64,000 bases of DNA. Origin: an uncultured Chloroflexia bacterium. Its GTDB lineage: Bacteria > Chloroflexota > Limnocylindria > QHBO01. Below are positions 56,443-64,000 of the stretch, piece after piece (the stretch's first letter is position 1; each line of letters begins with the position of its first letter). The notes beneath the pieces are model-generated. The model had not been told where the DNA came from and made no database searches. It was given only the letters and a program-made list of their open reading frames with translations. Position numbers and translations under genes: made by a program. The stretch covers positions 1,060,237 to 1,124,236 of the forward strand of contig CAWIPT010000007.1 in NCBI GenBank assembly GCA_963838125.1. The letters run 5' to 3'.

Positions 56443-57368
56443 CCGATTCCCATCACCTCCTTGAAGCGTGGCTCGTGGAAGGGGCCGCGGGCGATCCGCC
56501 CCGCGAGCTGGCCGTGCACGCATCGGTCTGCGAATCCTGTGCCCGGCGCCTGGGCGCGTTCGACTCGCTGGCGGGAGTTGACGTTGCTGCGGCCGGCTCT
56601 CCCCCACCATTACCGCCACCCACGCGCGTGGCGGCAGCGCTCCTCTGGGCGCGGCTGGCGACCGCCGTGGCGGGAACGGTCGTGGCCGGCATCCTCGTCG
56701 TGTTCGGGATCTCGCAGCTCGTCGGGTTTGTCGGCTCGCTCGAGGGCAGCCCCGGTCCGTCCATCGTCGGACTGGCGACGCCGGCAGACTCCCAGAACCC
56801 GGGCGACACGCCCGGCCCGCAACCCGCGGTCGAACCCAGCCTGGCGACGGAGCCGTCCGGCACGCCTATTCCCTCGCACATCCCCCTGCCGTCACTCGCG
56901 CCGAACGAGCAACCACCCGATCCGCCGAACGCGCCCTCCCTCTCACTGAACGGGGTGGGTGCGCACTCGATCAGCATCAGATGGACTCCACGCTCCGGCG
57001 GCGGGCCGGTCCAGAAATGGGAAATCTGGCGCCGGACCGGATCCGGGGCGACCTGGATCAAGCTCGGTGAGCTGCCGACCTCCGCGCAGACCCTGACCAA
57101 CAGCGGCCTGGCCTCGGGGACCTCCTACTCGTTCCGCGTTCGGGCCGTCAATGTCGCGTGGCTCAGCTCGTTCTCGAACACCATCACGGCGACAACATCC
57201 GTGCCGCCGCCAAGCGCCACGCCGGTTCCGACGGCCACCCCAACGCCGGAGCCATCGATTCCTGAGACTCCGACCCCGGAGCCATCGATTCCTGAGACTC
57301 CGACCCCGGAGCCATCGATTCCTGAGACTCCGACCCCGGAGCCATCGATTCCACCTCCGTCGCCATAA
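56439..57368 (+). CDS. anti-sigma factor-like membrane protein: N-terminal ZAS motif, one TM, extracytoplasmic fibronectin type III domain, C-terminal (TPEPSIPE)x4 repeats
   Basis: HASVCESCARRL (H-x3-C-x2-C); TM AGTVVAGILVVFGISQLVGFV; FN3-like ISIRWTPRSGGGPVQKWEIW...SYSFRVRAVN. Confidence 0.65.
   Translation: MTDSHHLLEAWLVEGAAGDPPRELAVHASVCESCARRLGAFDSLAGVDVAAAGSPPPLPPPTRVAAALLWARLATAVAGTVVAGILVVFGISQLVGFVGSLEGSPGPSIVGLATPADSQNPGDTPGPQPAVEPSLATEPSGTPIPSHIPLPSLAPNEQPPDPPNAPSLSLNGVGAHSISIRWTPRSGGGPVQKWEIWRRTGSGATWIKLGELPTSAQTLTNSGLASGTSYSFRVRAVNVAWLSSFSNTITATTSVPPPSATPVPTATPTPEPSIPETPTPEPSIPETPTPEPSIPETPTPEPSIPPPSP
57246..57357. repeat. tandem 30-nt repeat x3.7 (ccggagccatcgattcctgagactccgacc) encoding TPEPSIPE units
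   Basis: seen directly in the sequence. Confidence 0.85.
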
Positions 57369-57450
57369 CTCCGTCGTTCGGTCGAGCGGAGGGGCGCATC
57401 GGTCGTGTAGAAGGGGCGCATCGGTATCGGTCTGTTGGTTGGAGGAACGC

Positions 57451-58593
57451 ATGGCTTTTGACATGTCCCTGGTCCAGCGCGGGGCGCGGTTGCGCCGGTC
57501 TCCGTTCTACGAGGCCGAGCAGGCCTACGGCCCGAGGGGCTACACGGTCTACAACCACATGCTGTTCCCGACCGGCTACGACGACTTCGAGGCCGAGTAC
57601 TGGCATCTCCTGAACCACGTGACGCTGTGGGACGTGGCGGTCGAACGGAACCTCGAGATCCAGGGACGGGACGGCTTCCGATTCGCGCAGCTGCTGACGC
57701 CCCGTGACCTGTCCAAGTGCTCGATCGGCCAGGGCAAATACGTGCTCATCACCGCTCCGGACGGGGGAATCGTCAACGACCCGGTCATGCTCCGCCTGGG
57801 CGAGAACCACTTCTGGTTCGCCCTGGCCAGCTCGGACGCGCTGCTCTACGCACTGGGCCTGGCCGCCAACCTGCGCTGGGACGTCCAGATCACCGAGCCT
57901 GACGTCTCACCGCTCCAGGTCCAGGGGCCACACTCCAAGGACGTGGTGGCCGCCCTGTTCGGCGAGAACATCCTTGAGCTGAAGTACTACTGGTTCCGCG
58001 AGCTGTCCCTGGACGGGATCCCGGTGGTCGTGACCCGGACCGGCTGGACGGCCGAGGTCGGATACGAGATCTATCTCCGCGACGGTCAGTACGGGACAGC
58101 GCTGTGGGAGCGGATCATGGAGGCCGGCAAGCCGTACGAGATTCGGCCCACCGGCCCGTCCGACATCCGGCGGGTGGAGGGCGGAATCCTGAACTGGGGC
58201 GCGGACATGGGCCTCGAGCACAACCCGTTCGAGGTCGGCCTCGAGCGGCTGTGTGCCCTGGACCGTGACTTCGACTTCATGGGCAAGGCATCGCTCCGTC
58301 AGATCCGCGATACCGGCTTGCGCCGCAAGCTGGTGGGCGTCGAGATCGGGGGTGACCGGCTGGAGATGAACTTCACGAAATGGCCGGTCACGGCCGATGG
58401 CGCGCCGGTGGGCCAGGTCACGTCCGCGGTGTGGTCGCCGCGCCTGGAAAGGAACATCGGGTACGCGTGGCTGCCCATCGAGCGGGCCGAAGACGGAAAC
58501 CGGGTCGCCGTGACCACCCCTGATGGCGAGCGGGAGGCCACCGTGGTGCCGATGCCGTTCATCGATCCGGGCAAGGCGATTCCCAAGTCGTGA
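57451..58593 (+). CDS. aminomethyltransferase (GcvT/DmdA/LigM-like) family folate-dependent enzyme
   Basis: 380 aa from ATG 57451 with GGAGGAA upstream; GcvT-fold N-terminal domain and C-terminal barrel; distinct from the gcvT at 476-1621. Confidence 0.8.
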   Translation: MAFDMSLVQRGARLRRSPFYEAEQAYGPRGYTVYNHMLFPTGYDDFEAEYWHLLNHVTLWDVAVERNLEIQGRDGFRFAQLLTPRDLSKCSIGQGKYVLITAPDGGIVNDPVMLRLGENHFWFALASSDALLYALGLAANLRWDVQITEPDVSPLQVQGPHSKDVVAALFGENILELKYYWFRELSLDGIPVVVTRTGWTAEVGYEIYLRDGQYGTALWERIMEAGKPYEIRPTGPSDIRRVEGGILNWGADMGLEHNPFEVGLERLCALDRDFDFMGKASLRQIRDTGLRRKLVGVEIGGDRLEMNFTKWPVTADGAPVGQVTSAVWSPRLERNIGYAWLPIERAEDGNRVAVTTPDGEREATVVPMPFIDPGKAIPKS

Positions 58594-58627
58594 CCGAGGC
58601 CCAGGGGTCGGGTTAGGAGCTCGGTCA

Positions 58628-58984
58628 ATGGCCACCGGGGAGGACGTCCGACGGATCGCGCTGTCACTGCCCGAATCGATCGAGGAGCCCGGCCGCTTTT
58701 CGTTCGCCGTTGACGGAAAGGCATTCGCCTGGGTCTGGCTCGAGCGAGTCGACCCGCGTCGTCCTCGAGTGCCGAACCCGGACGTCATCGCGGTGCGGGT
58801 GACGAACCAGCTCGAGAAGGACAGCCTCCTCGCTCTTGACCACGAGGCGTTCTTCACCGAGCCGCACTATGACGGCTATCCGGCGGTGCTGGTCAGCCTC
58901 CCAAAGATCGAGCTCGATCTGTTGACCGAGGTGCTGACCGCGGCCTGGCGGTCACGCGCGCCGAAGCGCCTGCTCACCGACTGA
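58628..58984 (+). CDS. MmcQ/YjbR-family (DUF419) protein
   Basis: 118 aa from ATG 58628; YjbR-like sequence. Confidence 0.6.
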   Translation: MATGEDVRRIALSLPESIEEPGRFSFAVDGKAFAWVWLERVDPRRPRVPNPDVIAVRVTNQLEKDSLLALDHEAFFTEPHYDGYPAVLVSLPKIELDLLTEVLTAAWRSRAPKRLLTD

Positions 58985-59003
58985 CGGATCGGCGGAACGC
59001 GGC

Positions 59004-60023
59004 TCAGGCCGCGAGGCGGGGCGGCAGGCCAAAGGTCGGGAAGTAGCGCGCCGTGTCGAGGAAGAACGTGATCCCGCTGATTCGCCCGTCGGTGATCTCC
59101 AGCACCTGGATGGACCACGGCTCCAGGACCCCGGCCTCGGCGCTCGGCTTGTACTGGCCGAAGGCCGGCGACCCGTTGGCCTGGACCGGCACCAATCGCG
59201 AGCCCTCGCAGCCGATTCCCGGGCCGAGGCACCACGCGCGGATATCGTCGTGCGTCCGGAGCCACAGGTCGTAGGGCGGCATGTTCCATGACGCGTCTTC
59301 CTGGAGGAGGGCGGTGAGCGCGTCCATGTCGTAGCGCTCGAACGCATCCACGTACCTGGCGATCAGCGCCTCAGTCCCCTCGTCGAGCGGGCCGGATTCG
59401 ACGGTCTCGAGACTGATCCGGCGTTCCGCCAACGTCGCCCGTGCGCGTTGCAGCGCGCTGTTGACCGATGCGACCGAGGTGTCGAACAGCTCCGCCACTT
59501 CCGACGCCTGCCAGCGCAGGACCTCGCGCAGGATGAGGACGGCACGCTGGCGGGGCGGGAGGTGCTGGAGCGCGGCCATGAACGCCAGTCGGATGGACTC
59601 GCGGGCCACCGCAACGTCAGCCGGATCCCCCTCCGGGACCACCCGACCGTCCGGAATGGGCTCGATCCAGACCGATTCCTCCAGCGGCGCCGGCAGGGGT
59701 GTGTCAGCCGATCGGGCGGGGCCCAGGTCCATCGGTCGTGCCCGCCGTTCTCGACCGCTCAACATGTCGAGGCACACGTTGGTCGCAATCCGGTACAGCC
59801 ACGACCGGAGCGCCGAGCGGCCCTCGAATCGGTCGATCGCGCGCCAGGCCCGGAGCAGCGTCTCCTGGACGGCGTCTTCCGCTTCGAATGTCGAGCCGAG
59901 CATGCGATAGCAGTAGCCCAGCAGCTCGGATCGATAGGCCTCCAGCTCGGGCGAGACGTCGGCTACAGCGGGACGCTCGGCCACGGCGCCGAACGCGTGC
60001 CCTTCATTTCGTGGTCCGGTCAC
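59004..60023 (-). CDS. ECF sigma factor, ECF41/SigJ-like, with a C-terminal SnoaL-like extension
   Basis: regions 2 and 4 (EDAVQETLLRAW...SWLYRIATN; RQRAVLILREVLRWQASEVAEL); C-terminal YDMDALTALLQEDASW and a conserved YVGPWE-like region. Confidence 0.85.
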   Translation of the reverse strand: MTGPRNEGHAFGAVAERPAVADVSPELEAYRSELLGYCYRMLGSTFEAEDAVQETLLRAWRAIDRFEGRSALRSWLYRIATNVCLDMLSGRERRARPMDLGPARSADTPLPAPLEESVWIEPIPDGRVVPEGDPADVAVARESIRLAFMAALQHLPPRQRAVLILREVLRWQASEVAELFDTSVASVNSALQRARATLAERRISLETVESGPLDEGTEALIARYVDAFERYDMDALTALLQEDASWNMPPYDLWLRTHDDIRAWCLGPGIGCEGSRLVPVQANGSPAFGQYKPSAEAGVLEPWSIQVLEITDGRISGITFFLDTARYFPTFGLPPRLAA

Positions 60024-60032
60024 GACGTCATC

Positions 60033-60332
60033 CTAGCCACCGTCTCCGAGATCGACCACATCGCCCGGAGCGCGCCGGACGGCCTGGAGCAGCACCTCAT
60101 CGGTCCCGACATTGCGCAGGGCGTGCGCCCGGAGCCAGGCGAGACCCAGGATGTCGCCCGCCCCGAACGTGCACGTCGCGCCTGCGCCGCACTCCACCTG
60201 GAGCGTGCCCTGTTCCACCGTCACCAGGGCATCCGACCATTCATCGGGCACGCACGCGTGCTCGCCCCCCGGGCCGATCGCGACGCGCCAGCGCTCAAAC
60301 GCAGGCCGCATGCGGGATGTTCCCGAGCCCAC
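60033..60332 (-). CDS. cupin domain protein
   Basis: 99 aa small cupin barrel; forms a typical ECF41-associated neighbourhood with the FAD oxidase. Confidence 0.55.
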   Translation of the reverse strand: MGSGTSRMRPAFERWRVAIGPGGEHACVPDEWSDALVTVEQGTLQVECGAGATCTFGAGDILGLAWLRAHALRNVGTDEVLLQAVRRAPGDVVDLGDGG

Positions 60333-60333
60333 A

Positions 60334-61710
60334 TCAGCCCGCGGGCGGCACGTTCTGGTTGCGCCGGAACAGGTTGGTCGGGTCGTACCGTGCCTTCAGC
60401 CGGGCGAGACGCTCCCAAGTCGGTCCGGGGTAGGCATCCCGGACGCGATCAGCCCCTTCGTCCCCGACGAAGTTGACGTACGCCCCGTGGTCGTCCTGGC
60501 GGATGGCGTCGGCGAACTCATCCAGCCAAGCCTGGCGCACGACTCGATCCTCGGGGCCTTCAAAGAACGCGGCGAGGTTGACCATGATCGGGCTCGTCCG
60601 GTGAGCGAATGCGGTCGCGTCACCCGGCACCCGGGCCATCGCGCCGCCGAGGACCCGAAGCTGCGCGACCCGCATCGACGCGTTCGAGGCCTCGAGGTGC
60701 CGCATGATCTCGCGCGCCACATCGAGGTCGATGCGATTCACGAACATGGTCGTGACCACGGCCGTGGGCCGGTATGACTCGTCATCGGGCGGGTAGATCT
60801 CGGGGTAGGACATGGGCTTCACCATGTCCGTGATGGGCTCGGCCAGGGCACGGAATGGGGCAATGGCCCGCTCCCCGGCCTCGGCATCGCCGGCGTAGCA
60901 GAGGATGCCGAAGATCACCAGCTGGCCCTGCGCGTCCTCGGGGATGAATGGCGCCGGTGGCGCGGGCATCACGTTGGCGATGGTCGACAGCTCCTCGGGC
61001 GCCAACAGGGCGGCCCGGATGAAGCCGGCCACCGTCTCGGCGGTGGCCGGCAGGACGAGGAAGCCGCCCACGATCCCTGGCACCTCCTGGAGCGCGAACC
61101 GGAAACGGGTGGCCACACCGAAGTTGCCGCCTCCGCCCCGGATGGCCCAGAACAGGTCCGGATCGGTCTGCTCGTCCACCTGGCGGATCTCGCCGTCAGC
61201 GGTCACGACCTCGACAGCGAGGAGCGAATCGATGGTCAGTCCGTACTTGCGGACGAGGTAGCCGACGCCGCCGCCGAGGGTGAGCCCCCCGAGACCGACC
61301 GACCCGGTGTCTCCGAATCCGACAGCCAGACCATGCTCCGCGGCAGCTGTCGTGAATTCCGCCGCGGTGAGGCCGCTCCCGGCCCACGCGGTTCGTCCCG
61401 CGGGATCGATGTCGATGCCCTTCAGGTCGCGCAGGTCGATCACCACCCCGCCCTCGGTGGTGCCATGGCCCGCGCCACTGTGGCCGCCGCTGCGGACCGC
61501 GAGCTCGAGGCCCGCATCGCGGGCAACCGCCACGACATGGGCGACATCGGCCGCATTCGCGACACGGACGATCGCGCCCGGGTGGCTGTCGTCCGTGCCG
61601 AGCATGATGATCCTCAGGGCGTCGTAGTCGGAGTCGTCGGGAGTGATGACTCGGCCGTCGAGCCCGTCACGGAGTTCAGGGATGGGGATCATGGACGAGA
61701 GAGTGGCCAT
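60334..61710 (-). CDS. FAD-linked oxidase (FAD_binding_4 / BBE-like)
   Basis: 458 aa; VRSGGHSGAGHG FAD-binding motif; BBE-like C-terminus. Confidence 0.85.
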   Translation of the reverse strand: MATLSSMIPIPELRDGLDGRVITPDDSDYDALRIIMLGTDDSHPGAIVRVANAADVAHVVAVARDAGLELAVRSGGHSGAGHGTTEGGVVIDLRDLKGIDIDPAGRTAWAGSGLTAAEFTTAAAEHGLAVGFGDTGSVGLGGLTLGGGVGYLVRKYGLTIDSLLAVEVVTADGEIRQVDEQTDPDLFWAIRGGGGNFGVATRFRFALQEVPGIVGGFLVLPATAETVAGFIRAALLAPEELSTIANVMPAPPAPFIPEDAQGQLVIFGILCYAGDAEAGERAIAPFRALAEPITDMVKPMSYPEIYPPDDESYRPTAVVTTMFVNRIDLDVAREIMRHLEASNASMRVAQLRVLGGAMARVPGDATAFAHRTSPIMVNLAAFFEGPEDRVVRQAWLDEFADAIRQDDHGAYVNFVGDEGADRVRDAYPGPTWERLARLKARYDPTNLFRRNQNVPPAG

Positions 61711-61848
61711 GCGACGCTCCTTGTCTCGGCGGGGGTGCGGGCGGGTTGCGGCTCATTCGGTATGACTGGCGATGCCGAGAGAACTCATCGGTTTGAGCGT
61801 GACGATGGGTCTCCTGGGCATGCATCGGTCTGTTCCATGGTCCTTCTT

Positions 61849-64000
<2,152 letters not shown>

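Overview
A ~70% GC bacterial chromosomal segment of 64 kb, densely coding and mostly on the minus strand. Gene content suggests a high-GC terrabacterial lineage: ftsQ-sbp-ftsA order, dnaG-sigA adjacency, a SigA with an Ala/Lys/Pro-rich N-terminus, and a type-A RNase P RNA. Contents in window order follow. The gcvT-gcvH-gcvPA(start) operon, a NUDIX hydrolase, a GT4 glycosyltransferase, a CYTH-like protein and tRNA-Val. A complete division/cell-wall (dcw) cluster mraZ-rsmH-ftsL-ftsI-murF-mraY-murD-ftsW-murG-murB-ddl-ftsQ-sbp-ftsA-ftsZ-yggS-yggT, with murE and murC absent from the cluster. A promoter-like region with repeat elements upstream of mraZ. The RNase P RNA gene (rnpB), rnhA, and a TCA block of sdhCDAB, icd and sucCD. 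A propionyl-CoA to succinyl-CoA module: carboxyltransferase, biotin carboxylase, BCCP, methylmalonyl-CoA mutase catalytic subunit and epimerase. tRNA-Met, parAB, proline dehydrogenase, a secreted PAP2/haloperoxidase-like protein next to a CRTAC1/ASPIC protein, and a resistance-like block (AraC-MFS, DUF1801, VOC, UvrA-like ATPase, MBL hydrolase). tRNA-Asn, dnaG-sigA, an ECF sigma with a ZAS/FN3 anti-sigma partner, an aminomethyltransferase-family enzyme, an ECF41 sigma with cupin and FAD oxidase, and the 3' portion of pyruvate,phosphate dikinase. No CRISPR arrays or mobile elements were seen. Main hunt results: (1) at least nine single-nucleotide frame discontinuities inside otherwise conserved genes (GT4, ftsI, pccB, haloperoxidase twice, dnaG, sigA N-terminus twice, the membrane protein upstream of mraZ), several at homopolymers, which points to uncorrected assembly indels; (2) a 16-bp perfect palindrome GTCTTTGCGCAAAGAC abutting the biotin carboxylase start, with a near-copy upstream of tRNA-Met/parA; (3) a sigma70-like promoter, TGGGG direct repeats and a GGTCAGGCGGG tandem array upstream of mraZ; (4) a compact ~318-nt rnpB placed right after rnhA; (5) unusual dcw architecture.
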